Positions 10,401-20,047 of a stretch of 64,000 bases of DNA are shown in pieces; position 1 is the first letter of the stretch; each line of letters opens with the position of its first letter. The DNA comes from Gammaproteobacteria bacterium. Its GTDB lineage: Bacteria; Pseudomonadota; Gammaproteobacteria; Ga0077536. Both the position numbers and the translations under genes were made by a program. Below the pieces are notes generated by a model that worked only from the letters and a program-made list of their open reading frames with translations, did no database searches and was not told the DNA's origin. The DNA lies in NCBI GenBank assembly GCA_047611805.1, contig JBLFWX010000022.1:233-64232 (forward strand). The letters are read 5' to 3'.

Positions 10401-10850
10401 ATGCCCGAGGTCATTCTACAAGTCTATCCGTCGCTAGGCGCCGAAGCCGAGATGCTGGCGAAGCGGCCCATCGGTCGCAATAACGATGCGTACCAGGACA
10501 TGCTCCAAGGGATGATCGAGCTTTGCCAGGCGGCAGACGAACTCGGCTACTGGGGAATCACGCACGTTGAGCACCATCTCCACTCCGAAGGTATGGAGAT
10601 CTCTCCGGTGCCGAAACCTGGCGAACATCTGGCGGGCCGACTCGTGAATAGTGGACTGCTGATTGCGGGTACGGTTGACGATGTGAAGCGACAAATGGAA
10701 ACTCTTTTGGTCGAGTTACCGATTGATTATCTCGGGTGGCTCTTCCACTGGGGGATGATCCCTAAGGCCGAGGGTTTGCGCACGATTGAGCTATTTGCCA
10801 ACGAGGTGTGTCCTGAATTCGGCATTAAATCTCATCTTGATGGTGTATAG
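10401..10850 (+). pseudogene. LLM-class (luciferase-like) monooxygenase with large in-frame internal deletion
   Basis: N-terminus (QAADELGYWGITHVEHHLHSEGMEISP) joins directly to the C-terminal motif (GTVDDVKRQM...IELFANEV.P). 149 aa against roughly 330-400 aa typical for the family. Confidence 0.75.
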
Positions 10851-11103
10851 GATTTCAACCTGCAAGGGACTCGCTATGGAAGCGCTATCGGAGAATCGAC
10901 CGCGCAGGGATGCATTCGCCGATAGCTCATTTCAATTTAAGCCGTGAGAATGACGGCGATCGTTCAGAGCTGAATGTTACTGCGGGCGCCACCTAAATTG
11001 GTCCGATTGAGTTTCGCGATCCCATATGTCGAACCACATATCGCGCGAGATCGTGCGCTATGCGATCGAAATCCGCCTTTTTGCTACCCCTTTTTAACAA
11101 TTC

Positions 11104-11117
11104 TTGATCGTGATCAT
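11104..11117. promoter_or_regulatory. FNR/Anr-like box
   Basis: TTGAT-cgtg-ATCAT, 9/10 match to TTGAT-N4-ATCAA, upstream of the yeeE operon. Confidence 0.4.
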
Positions 11118-11143
11118 GAAATCAAAGACGACCCATCTTGTTT

Positions 11144-11163
11144 ATATTAGATATGTCTTATAT
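11144..11163. promoter_or_regulatory. BigR/SqrR/SoxR-type ArsR operator
   Basis: ATATTAGA-tatg-TCTTATAT imperfect palindrome (1 mismatch) in the AT-rich promoter about 65 bp upstream of the yeeE-like gene. The likely cognate regulator is at 13996-14328. Confidence 0.6.
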
Positions 11164-11227
11164 TATATGTGTCAGATTACTTCCGTAGCTTATCGGTCCA
11201 ATTGCGACGATAACAAAAGGAGAACCA

Positions 11228-11659
11228 ATGGAAAACTTCACTCCGTACGCCGCCCTAATCGGCGGAATTCTGATCGGCAGCTCGGCGACTCTGCTGCTGT
11301 GGATGAACGGACAAATCGCCGGAATCAGCGGGATCTTCCGCGGCGCCATGAGCATGCGCACGCCTGATCAGCTATCGCGGATTCTTTTTCTCATCGGTCT
11401 TGTTGGTGGCGCCGGGATTTGGTGGTACGGAGTTGGACCCAATTTCGTGCCGCGAGTCGATTTTCCGATCCCCGTATTGGTCGTTGCTGGGATCCTCGTT
11501 GGTTTCGGTACAAATATTGGTAACGGATGCACGAGCGGTCATGGCGTGTGCGGCCTTGGCCGGACATCCACTCGATCGTTGGCAGCTACCGCGACATTTT
11601 TTGCGATTGCGCTCGTCACCACATTCGTGATTCGACATGTACTAGGAGGAGTGTTGTGA
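11228..11659 (+). CDS. YeeE/YedE family sulfur transporter half-protein (PmpA-like)
   Basis: GGILIG, NG.IAGISG, GNGCTSGHGVCG motifs; 4 predicted TM helices. Confidence 0.92.
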   Translation: MENFTPYAALIGGILIGSSATLLLWMNGQIAGISGIFRGAMSMRTPDQLSRILFLIGLVGGAGIWWYGVGPNFVPRVDFPIPVLVVAGILVGFGTNIGNGCTSGHGVCGLGRTSTRSLAATATFFAIALVTTFVIRHVLGGVL

Positions 11660-12117
11660 GCCGCCATATTGTTGCATTAGTCACTGGAGTGATTTTCGGC
11701 TTAGGTTTGGCAATCTCCCAGATGATGAATCCGGAGAAAGTATTGGGGTTTTTAGATATTGCCGGAAATTGGGATCCGAGCCTTGCGTTTGTTATGGGCG
11801 GCGGTGTGTTTGTTACGTTATTAACTTTCCGTCGTGTTTTACGTTTGCCTAAGCCGCTTCTCGGCGAGCGATTCGCGGTGCCGGATAATGACAAAATTGA
11901 TAAGCAGCTGATCTCTGGTGCGGTAATTTTCGGGCTTGGTTGGGGTGCCGCAGGCTACTGCCCGGGTCCTGCAATTGCTGCCCTTGCAACAGGTTCGTTA
12001 GAACCCGTGATATTTCTCGCCGCATTTCTTGTTGGTAATTATTTCGCTGGTCGCTGGCAAGCTATCAATGACAAGCATCAATCCGCGCATCGCCCAGTCA
12101 TTCGTTCGCCAACGTAA
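11656..12117 (+). CDS. YeeE/YedE family half-protein (PmpB-like)
   Basis: GTG start overlaps the upstream stop (GTGA). FGLGLAIS.M.NP.KV.GFLD..G.WDPSL and GWG..GYCPGPA motifs. Confidence 0.92.
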   Translation: MSRHIVALVTGVIFGLGLAISQMMNPEKVLGFLDIAGNWDPSLAFVMGGGVFVTLLTFRRVLRLPKPLLGERFAVPDNDKIDKQLISGAVIFGLGWGAAGYCPGPAIAALATGSLEPVIFLAAFLVGNYFAGRWQAINDKHQSAHRPVIRSPT

Positions 12118-12216
12118 GCGACTAGGAATTAGGGTTCGGCACCGCCTGGGACGGTCAATTGTGTCAAAACGACAGCTTTTTTTTACCGGATGCGACAACC
12201 ATGATCTTTTCCTGCG

Positions 12217-13944
12217 GTGACTAAATCATCCTTTAAAGGCCGTCTGTCAAACTACATCCCCATCCTTGAGTGGGGCCCAACCTATAACCGAGGGGCTTTC
12301 TCTAACGATCTGCTCGCGGCTGCGATCGTGACCATCATGCTGATCCCGCAATCGTTGGCCTACGCGTTGTTGGCGGGCCTTCCAGCTGAGATGGGTCTCT
12401 ACGCATCGATAGTGCCAATAATTATCTACGCGATGTTTGGTACGAGTAGGACGCTTGCGGTAGGGCCGGTCGCGGTGGTCTCTCTAATGACGGCAATTGC
12501 GATAGGCCACATTGCCGAGCCAGGTAGCGCAGAATATATCCTGGCAGCTTTGACGTTGGCGTTTCTTTCCGGAGTGTTTTTGTTGCTCCTCGGCGTCCTA
12601 CGACTCGGGTTCCTCGCCAACTTTCTGTCACATCCCGTCATCGCCGGCTTCATAACCGCCTCCGGAATTATCATTGCCGTGAGTCAGGTAAAGCATCTCA
12701 TTGGAGTGAAAGCCACCGGCCACAACCTAATCGAATTGTTGAGCTCGATTTTCACACAGCTTGATGCGATCAATTGGCCAACTTTCGTGCTCGGGGTGTC
12801 GACTACCGGCTTCCTATTCTGGATCAGAAAGCGGTTGCAGCCGTTCCTAATCCAAGCAGGTATGAATCCCCGCGTCGCCGAAGTCTTAGCCAAGACAGGG
12901 CCTGTTGCGGCTATTACCTTGACGATCTTTATTGTCTGGTCGTTAGACCTCGTTAGTCACGGCGTCGCGGTCGTTGGTGATGTACCGCAAGGTCTTCCGT
13001 CATTAACCGTACCGTCTTTCTCGATGGAACTTTGGGCCAGTATCATTGGCTCTGCGGTGTTGATCTCTGTGATCGGATTCGTCGAGTCCGTGTCAGTGGC
13101 ACAAACCCTTGGCGCGAAGAAACGTCAACGCATCGACCCGAATCAAGAATTGATCGGTCTCGGTGCAGCGAACGTAGGTGCTGCATTCACGGGTGGCTTC
13201 CCCGTGACCGGCGGCTTTTCACGATCCGTCATAAACTTCGACGCCGGAGCGGACACGCCGGCGGCTGGTGCTTACACCGCGGTTGGGCTCGCGTTCGCTG
13301 CGCTGTACCTAACGCCGCTCATTTACTTCCTGCCCAAAGCGACATTGGCCGCGACGATCATTGTTGCTGTGTTGTCACTGGTGGATTTTTCAGTTCTGAG
13401 TAAAACATGGACTTATTCGAAAGGGGATTTCGCTGCGGTCGCTGCGACTATTCTTATCACCTTGGGGTTTGGCGTCGAACTAGGCGTATGCGCTGGGGTA
13501 GTCATTTCAATTTTGATCCACTTATACAAATCTTCGCGGCCGCATATCGCAGAAGTAGGGCGAGTTGCTGGGACGGAGCACTTCAGGAACGTTCTGCGTC
13601 ACGCAGTGATCACTGATGAAGATATTCTCATATTGCGAGTCGATGAAAGTCTCTATTTCGCGAACGCGCGTTATCTGGAAGATTTCATTTACAGTCAGCT
13701 TGCTGAACGACCCTTGGTGAATCACGTGATCTTAATGTGCTCGGCGATTAACGATATCGATATGAGTGCATTGGAATCGCTCGAGGCGATTAATGAGCGT
13801 CTCGGGGCGTCGGACGTAAAGTTTCATCTGAGCGAAGTGAAAGGTCCAGTCATGGATCAACTCAATCGTTCAGAGTTCCTTAGTCATTTAAGCGGCGAGA
13901 TTTTCTTGAGTCAGCACAACGCGGTAATCGCGCTAAAACGCTGA
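12217..13944 (+). CDS. sulP: SulP family anion transporter with STAS domain
   Basis: IPQSLAYALLAGLP..MGLY, NQELIGLG, GGFSRS, STAS DESLYFANA. Confidence 0.95.
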   Translation: MTKSSFKGRLSNYIPILEWGPTYNRGAFSNDLLAAAIVTIMLIPQSLAYALLAGLPAEMGLYASIVPIIIYAMFGTSRTLAVGPVAVVSLMTAIAIGHIAEPGSAEYILAALTLAFLSGVFLLLLGVLRLGFLANFLSHPVIAGFITASGIIIAVSQVKHLIGVKATGHNLIELLSSIFTQLDAINWPTFVLGVSTTGFLFWIRKRLQPFLIQAGMNPRVAEVLAKTGPVAAITLTIFIVWSLDLVSHGVAVVGDVPQGLPSLTVPSFSMELWASIIGSAVLISVIGFVESVSVAQTLGAKKRQRIDPNQELIGLGAANVGAAFTGGFPVTGGFSRSVINFDAGADTPAAGAYTAVGLAFAALYLTPLIYFLPKATLAATIIVAVLSLVDFSVLSKTWTYSKGDFAAVAATILITLGFGVELGVCAGVVISILIHLYKSSRPHIAEVGRVAGTEHFRNVLRHAVITDEDILILRVDESLYFANARYLEDFIYSQLAERPLVNHVILMCSAINDIDMSALESLEAINERLGASDVKFHLSEVKGPVMDQLNRSEFLSHLSGEIFLSQHNAVIALKR

Positions 13945-13995
13945 CGGCTTGCGCGATAACAAACTATGGAGAAGAAAGTCCGTCGACGGCTACGC

Positions 13996-14328
13996 TTACG
14001 ACTTACGCGAGGCTTTTTTACGTCGGGGCGATCCGGTACCGCAGAAATGAGCATACAAAATTTGCATGATTTCTTGAGCCGGTGCATTCGCGAGGCAATA
14101 GAAGATTGTCTGCGAACTTCGACGGGTTGCGACGATCCCGTCTCGGCGTAGCACCGCGAGGTGTTGGGATAGCGCCGATTGGCTTAGTTCAACGAGTGAT
14201 TGCAACTCCCCTACGGATTTCTCACCTTCTGCTAAGTTGCATAGGATCAGGAGTCGTGACTCATTTGACATCGACTTAAGGAACTTGGCGGCGTCTGCTG
14301 CCTTGTCTTTCAGTTTATCTACTTTCAT
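13996..14328 (-). CDS. ArsR/SmtB persulfide-sensing repressor (BigR/SqrR/SoxR-like)
   Basis: LKSMSNESRLLILCNL, LSQSALSQHLAVLR, LYAHFC. Both conserved sensory cysteines are present. Confidence 0.9.
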   Translation of the reverse strand: MKVDKLKDKAADAAKFLKSMSNESRLLILCNLAEGEKSVGELQSLVELSQSALSQHLAVLRRDGIVATRRSSQTIFYCLANAPAQEIMQILYAHFCGTGSPRRKKASRKS

Positions 14329-14409
14329 AGCAGCACGCCGTCACGAACAACACGATTTGTCTGTATCATAAAAATGTTCTAAAGATCCGAATTTCGAAAA
14401 CCAAGGCTA

Positions 14410-14838
14410 TCCGCCGCTCGCAAACTCATGCTTAATTCATAAGGACTTGCACCGTCGGCGCCGGCAAGCAATGCTGCTTTTACGGAGCCCCAATCTTTAG
14501 CCTGGGTGATCGCCGTCTAACGGACTTCAAACGGATCATCAGTGGCGAGGTTCGGATTGTCGACCAATGCGGTATTCACCTCAAGTACCAGGCTATCCGC
14601 CCCGATCATCTTTGCGCAAACCAACTACCCAGATCGGAAATTTCCGCCGGGTTTTTAGATTGCACCGCCGCCTCGGACGTTCATCCATGGGAACGTGATC
14701 CACAATGTCCGCCCACTGCTGCTTTGACATCGCTAGTGCCGCCTCTGTGCGAACTTCGCGCAAGCCTTGCAACAAGTCTAGATTCTCCATATTTCAGTGA
14801 TGATCCTCGGTCTCGTTACATTTCTGCACGATAGGCAT
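14410..14838 (-). pseudogene. eroded GcvH-like lipoate-binding protein (LbpA-like)
   Basis: Collinear fragments across stops and frameshifts: MPIVQKCNETEDHH*NMEN ... DLGSW ... AKMIGADSLVLEVNTALVDNPNLATDDPF ... KDWGSVKAALLAGADGASPYE. These resemble the LbpA pattern MPTVRGCNLPDDLYYNVEN/ESGKW/VVEVNEAL..NP.L.N.DPY/DW..VK..L.....YE as recalled from memory. Confidence 0.6.
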
Positions 14839-15251
14839 CACTTGTCTCTAGTACCTGATGATTCTTTTCGCGCGATGCCTTCGACGCATAACAGAGGTCA
14901 GAGAGCCCAGGTCCAGACATTCTATATAATAGAGAATGAAAGATTGCATCCCTTCAGCGAATTCACTCCGCGCTCTGAGAATCCATCGCCACCAACCGGT
15001 TCGCGGATCCCCACGAGCGCGAGGCATGTCTGCCTGGATTCGCCTTATAGGTCGCGTGCCCGTCTTTCTCGGATAGCGTGCAGATCATGCGCTTGGTCGT
15101 CTAATTGCACGCCAAATGACAATGGCTTTGTTTGAGTACATTATTGGCTTCATGATTTACTGTGAAGATATCGGCGGTGCGCTATGTAACTCAAATGCGC
15201 TAGGCCATCTGACATCAATCTTTTTATCTGGAAATTGTATGGAGAAGAAAA

Positions 15252-15479
15252 ATGGCTGACGTCGTATTGGATACGAAGGGCTTAAATTGTCCACTACCGA
15301 TCTTGAAAACTAAGAAAGCGCTCAATAATGTTCCGCCCGATGGCACTTTAGAAGTGTTCTCAACCGATCCGGGTTCGGTAGCAGATTTCCAAGCGTTGTG
15401 CCGGACTACGGGTAACGACTTATTAGAGTACAGCGAGGACGACAACGTTTATCGTTTCTTAATCAAGAAAACTGCTTAG
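15252..15479 (+). CDS. tusA: sulfurtransferase TusA family protein
   Basis: LDTKGLNCPLPILKTKKAL, TDPGS..DF...C..TGN. Confidence 0.95.
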   Translation: MADVVLDTKGLNCPLPILKTKKALNNVPPDGTLEVFSTDPGSVADFQALCRTTGNDLLEYSEDDNVYRFLIKKTA

Positions 15480-15498
15480 CGAATTCCTAAGGGAGACT

Positions 15499-15930
15499 GT
15501 GGAGCACAAAATTACGTCGTCGGTATTCGCTACCGCCGTAGAGGAATGCGAACCACCGTGTTATTGAGGCGAGACAAGTTTCGCTTCAGGGATGTGTCCT
15601 CCCAACAAGTCCGCAATCACTTCCAGGATATTCGCACTAGGGTGCACCGGGACCCACAGCATTTCGCGTGTAGTCGAAAATTCCACGAAGATGACCGCGG
15701 TAGCGAAATTCTATATCCAGTCGCGAATGTCTTGAATCATTTACTTCAATTCATACTTCGGCTTTACTGTATTCGTTGCGGGCTGGAACGCAATTAAGTA
15801 GCAATTTATCGGCAGCACTAATTCGCAATGCGATTCTGGTTAAGACGATAGCTTTCGAAATTCCCCCGCTCATCGGATGCTTATGCCGCTCGAGACGCGA
15901 CAGAATCTGCCTATTCGTCCAGACACGTAA
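15499..15930 (+). pseudogene. possible heavily eroded DsrE2-like sulfurtransferase
   Basis: RBS and GTG just after tusA. Scattered collinear matches: PPCY*GETSFASG (cf. PPFILASTAAALG), KMTAVAK (cf. MMTAMMK), VKTIAFE (cf. VKMIACQ), RICLFV (cf. DICLFI). Weak; relies partly on tusA-dsrE2 synteny. Confidence 0.35.
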
Positions 15931-16458
15931 TCTGAGTTCTCCGGTCTATATAGGTTTGATCTGCTGAACTGTTAAGCGGCGTAGCGGTATGTACCAAGGC
16001 GCTAGGAAGGAACGTTGGTTACAGCAATAATCCGCAGGGTCACAGGTTCGGCCGTATACATTCAGAATCCAGTTAGAGAACTAGCGTTTACTCCTGTCGG
16101 AAAGGCAATGTCGGGCGCTCCATTTAGTCTTGGGAGTAATTGAACTCTGGTTGTGAACATACTTTGATCGCACGAAAAGAAGCAAAATAGCAGGCGTCGT
16201 AAGCACGGCACAGGATCGATATATGCGACTCATGGGGTGATAATTGTCTTAGTTGACGGAAACAAGTTGGATTTTTCGCGAGTTTCGTTTGCGTCCGGAT
16301 CGAATTGGGTTGGGGCCAAGCGCGCCGTAAACGCGACGATCATTCTTCGCGCACTAAACGAAACGTCGTACGTCTAGCGACCGGACAAAAACACCTGTTC
16401 GGCTCTGGCGAAACTTCGGGTCGCACGGGTGGCTAAGCAGATTGATCCTCGCGTGGTT

Positions 16459-18471
16459 CTACAAGCCGAACGGATAGGTATCCGGTAATCCTTCGAGCTC
16501 GTGGGTTGCGATCGGTCGGACCGCGCTACTAGTGTCGAACCAAATATATTCATCGAACTGTGCGGGTACTATCGCTTGGAAGTAATGACTTTGAAGTTCC
16601 GTATCCGGTCTGTAGATGACCCCGATCGCACGTTCCAACAACGGCTTATTGAGACCTTCGTTCGCAACACTACTGCGTAAATTCCGTAGCGGCAGTAAGA
16701 AATTTTCGATTCCTGACAGGTGACAAATTTTCTCAAAACTGCCTTCGATAGACGGGCGAACCGTTTTAATCTCAACAGGGGCACCCCAGTCGGAGGCGGC
16801 AGCGACGGTACCATGGTCGGTACCGAATCCCACTGCGTACACGTCGTGGCCATATGCTTTGCGGCACAGTTGGCCGATATTGTATTCGCCGCGAGCAGAC
16901 ATTTCGGTCGCTGCAGCATCACCAATATGCGAATTGTGCGCCCAAACGACGGCTTTGCTATGTGCGCCGTGGTGCTTCAATGTGGATTCTAATGTTTCAA
17001 ACATATGGCTGTCGCGCAGATTCCAGGACTCTCGCGAGCCGTAATACATCGTGCGGTAGTAATGTTCCGCGTCGGCGACTAAACGGGCATTCTGTATGGC
17101 GTCGAGGTAGCGTTCGCCGTCTTGCTTGGTGTACGTCTGAACTTTCTCTAAGATTGTCCCGAGCATTCCCACCACTTCTTTTTCGCATGTCCGGTAGTGA
17201 CCGGTTAACACCGCCTGGCCGTAGGAGGCGGGATCGGACTGCCAGGGTGTAAGACAGCCGTAGCGTTGCCGGGCTGACGCGGCCGTCTTTGGATCGACCG
17301 TGTCGAGATACTCGAGTATCGACCGGATCGAACTATAGAGGCTGTAAAGGTCCAGACCATAAAAAGCAGTGCGGACGTCTGGAGATCGCTCGCTGTTGTG
17401 CAAACGCAGCCAGTCGACGAATTCACGAACCTCGTGGTTGCGCCACATCCACATCGGAAAGCGGGCGAAGGCCACCCATTCGGCAGGCGGATATTCAAAA
17501 TGCCGGACGAAGTGATCGATGCGCGCTACGTCCGGCCAGTCACCTTCGATTGCTACAAACGAAAAACCCTTTTCCTCAATCAAGTGTTTAGTGATACGCG
17601 CGCGCATTCGGTAGAACTCGGAAGTTCCGTGTGAGGCCTCACCAAGGAGTACGATGCGGCTATCGCCGATCCGCTGGAGTAGGGGTTCTAAATTGCACGA
17701 CTCGATCGATTCAAATGGTTCGGCGTACGCACTAATCTCGGCGATTAGGTCCGTGTCGGATGGACGTTTCTTTGGTGACGCAGCCGTACGTCCGAGTGTT
17801 AACTGTTGCTCGTCGGTCCAGCCTTCGCTGCCGACAAGCGGCACGAAACGAACGTCGGCAATGTCTTCGGTCACATAATGATCCTGCGTTCGGCGCACGA
17901 CGCGGACCAATTCTTGAACACGCGGATCACTACCCACCGGGATCACTAGGCGGCCACCAATTTTTAGTTGCGACTTTAACGAGTCCGGTATTGAAGGACC
18001 ACCCGCAGCCACGACGATCGCGTCGTAAGGTGCGTGGTCGCGCCAGCCTTTTGTGCCATCGCCGTGGAGGACGTGCACGTTCTTATAACCGAGCTCGTCG
18101 AGGGTCGCTGCTGCCTTCGTTGCTAAAGGCGCCAGCCGCTCGACGGTGTAGACGTTTCCTGCAATTTCCGCCAGAACGGCGGCGGCGTAGCCGGATCCAG
18201 CGCCGATTTCGAGCACTTTTTCACCGCCTTTAAGTTCCAAGGCATCGATCATTAAAGCGACAATATAGGGCTGGGAAATTGTCTGGCCTTCGGCGATTGG
18301 CAACGGTGAATCTTCGTAAGCGAATTCCTGTAGTTCCTCAGGCACGAACGCTTCGCGCCGCACCATCCGCAACGCATTCAATACGTTCTCATCGTGGATC
18401 CCGCGCGCCGCCACGTGACGCTCGACCATAAACTCGCGCAACGCCTCGAACGTCTCCGCTGTTTTTTTCAT
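16459..18471 (-). CDS. pcm: protein-L-isoaspartate O-methyltransferase fused to erythromycin esterase family domain
   Basis: QTISQPYIVA, VLEIGAGSGY, GDG..GW...APYDAI. Second domain has LGEASHGTSEFY, IEGDWPD, WNLRD.HM, WAHNSH, LERAIGVIY. Confidence 0.92.
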   Translation of the reverse strand: MKKTAETFEALREFMVERHVAARGIHDENVLNALRMVRREAFVPEELQEFAYEDSPLPIAEGQTISQPYIVALMIDALELKGGEKVLEIGAGSGYAAAVLAEIAGNVYTVERLAPLATKAAATLDELGYKNVHVLHGDGTKGWRDHAPYDAIVVAAGGPSIPDSLKSQLKIGGRLVIPVGSDPRVQELVRVVRRTQDHYVTEDIADVRFVPLVGSEGWTDEQQLTLGRTAASPKKRPSDTDLIAEISAYAEPFESIESCNLEPLLQRIGDSRIVLLGEASHGTSEFYRMRARITKHLIEEKGFSFVAIEGDWPDVARIDHFVRHFEYPPAEWVAFARFPMWMWRNHEVREFVDWLRLHNSERSPDVRTAFYGLDLYSLYSSIRSILEYLDTVDPKTAASARQRYGCLTPWQSDPASYGQAVLTGHYRTCEKEVVGMLGTILEKVQTYTKQDGERYLDAIQNARLVADAEHYYRTMYYGSRESWNLRDSHMFETLESTLKHHGAHSKAVVWAHNSHIGDAAATEMSARGEYNIGQLCRKAYGHDVYAVGFGTDHGTVAAASDWGAPVEIKTVRPSIEGSFEKICHLSGIENFLLPLRNLRSSVANEGLNKPLLERAIGVIYRPDTELQSHYFQAIVPAQFDEYIWFDTSSAVRPIATHELEGLPDTYPFGL

Positions 18472-18935
18472 AACTTGTCCGCTACTGATTCGCGTGATTT
18501 CTTTTGACCAAAGAAATGCACCGCAATCGCGTCGGGCGTTTCGTGCACTAGATTCTTCGGTATGGTTTTTTCCAACACGGATGTCAGTTCGTCGTCCAGG
18601 TGCTTGCGTAGTATCCCGAGAAATGCCGGTGGTGCAGAAAGTCGCAACCGCGTGAATTCACTGGCGGCGTGTGAAATCTTCAGTCGTTCGGTTATATGAC
18701 GTGCAAATAGGTCGGCCTCTTGTTCGTGGGGTGAAACTTGTTTCGACTTGGCGTGGCTGGCGCCACCGACACGCTCGAAAGTGCGTCCTGGTCGACCGGA
18801 GCCAAGCTCGTGAGATCGAGCTCGGCTTTCCGGGTGAACTAATTCGGTGATCTCGCTAAGTTCGTGAGTTTGCGTATCCGCGTCAAAGATGCGAACCCGC
18901 GCGCTATCTGCGACGACGATCCAAGATCTAGCCAT
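18468..18935 (-). CDS. host attachment protein (AtsE / baeRF12 family)
   Basis: WIVVADSARVRIF, RPGRTF, FAR.I, L.APP.FLG.LR. GGAGG RBS. ATGA overlap with pcm. Confidence 0.88.
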   Translation of the reverse strand: MARSWIVVADSARVRIFDADTQTHELSEITELVHPESRARSHELGSGRPGRTFERVGGASHAKSKQVSPHEQEADLFARHITERLKISHAASEFTRLRLSAPPAFLGILRKHLDDELTSVLEKTIPKNLVHETPDAIAVHFFGQKKSRESVADKL

Positions 18936-19001
18936 TTCTTCCTCCATTGCGTTTGAATGCGCTTCACCGTGCCACTACAACACGAGCGAGCCGGTCCCAA
19001 T

Positions 19002-19015
19002 TTGATCCCGGTCAG
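19002..19015. promoter_or_regulatory. FNR/Anr-like box upstream of the baeRF12-pcm operon
   Basis: TTGAT-cccg-GTCAG (8/10), about 67 bp upstream of the ATG on the minus strand. Confidence 0.45.
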
Positions 19016-19530
19016 GAATTCAATGATACGGAAGACGTTATCGTCGGCCCTTTATTTGAAGACGAGGAGGGGGCTTTCGAGCGTTTCTGGGAGTGTGAGA
19101 TCAGTGTAGAGGAGCCTTTGATCAGGTCTCTGGGAACCACCATCACCGCAGACCTTTAAAAGCGCCCCGTTTCAACGATGCGGCTGAATTTGGGGATCCG
19201 TAGCTAATGAATAGGCAGGTTACTTCTATCAACCGCAACGTGTAATTGTTAGCCAATCTTGTGCACGTCCGCGCCCGAATCAATTATGACTAGCGGATGA
19301 ACGGGTATCCCCTCGTTCCGATAACTTATGCGCTACCTGTATTGCTCTGTCGCTAGCGTTGGACTGCTAGGCGAGGACGACAACGGAAGCACCGCCGCAG
19401 GCCGGTTCCTTTGTCACTATCTGAGCGTCTTGTCGCAAGGGCGCGAAGCGCATCGAGTTCGCGGACGCGAACATCGTCCCATCGGTTTGTGGGGCGAACT
19501 CAAGCAACGCACTTGCTGTGCGTCGACGCA

Positions 19531-19772
19531 ATATTTCAAAAGAGCTGTTGTTTTCGCCACTCGGCGTTGCGGCTCGCTCATTTGGAACAAGCAAACCGCG
19601 CTCGCCGCGCCTTGATCGGCATATTTACGGGCAACCCGCAGCGCTGAGGCCGCATTGGCGTCCAGCGGCGTTATCGCGCGCTCAGGTAGCTCGGCTACAC
19701 AACGCTCGCTCTGCCTTGCTGGACCCCAATCTGACTTCAGCAGCGACTTGTCCGAAATATCAACAGGCCCTG
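19531..19772. mobile_element. MITE-like composite repeat, partly decayed (copy A)
   Basis: Right end cagcgacttgtccgaaatatcaacaggccct and both internal modules are highly similar to the element at 53241-53516. The left TIR is degenerate. Confidence 0.85.
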
Positions 19773-20047
19773 GTATATGCATGCCGAATGTGTGCGATTC
19801 GCAGATCTCGTTTTCAATTGTGCCGCGATCACACCAGTGAGGGTCACTAGCGTCACAGAACGTTTAAAGGAGATCAATTCAATTGTCGTAACGAGCGTCG
19901 CCGATGCTCGACTTTCACGCGGCGTAAATTTAGACATCGGCGTGCACGGTTTCTTGGATAATTCGCTCAGCGTAATTTGTGCAACTGATCGCTTAATTCC
20001 AGCGGACCCAGGCCTCGGTTCGTCACGCAATTCGTGCCGATATCCGG

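Noticed and set aside
14850-15152. Possible rhodanese remnant on the minus strand (NKAIVIWRAIRRPSA*SARYPRKTG)
   Set aside because: One short resemblance with no catalytic Cys; suggested mainly by context.
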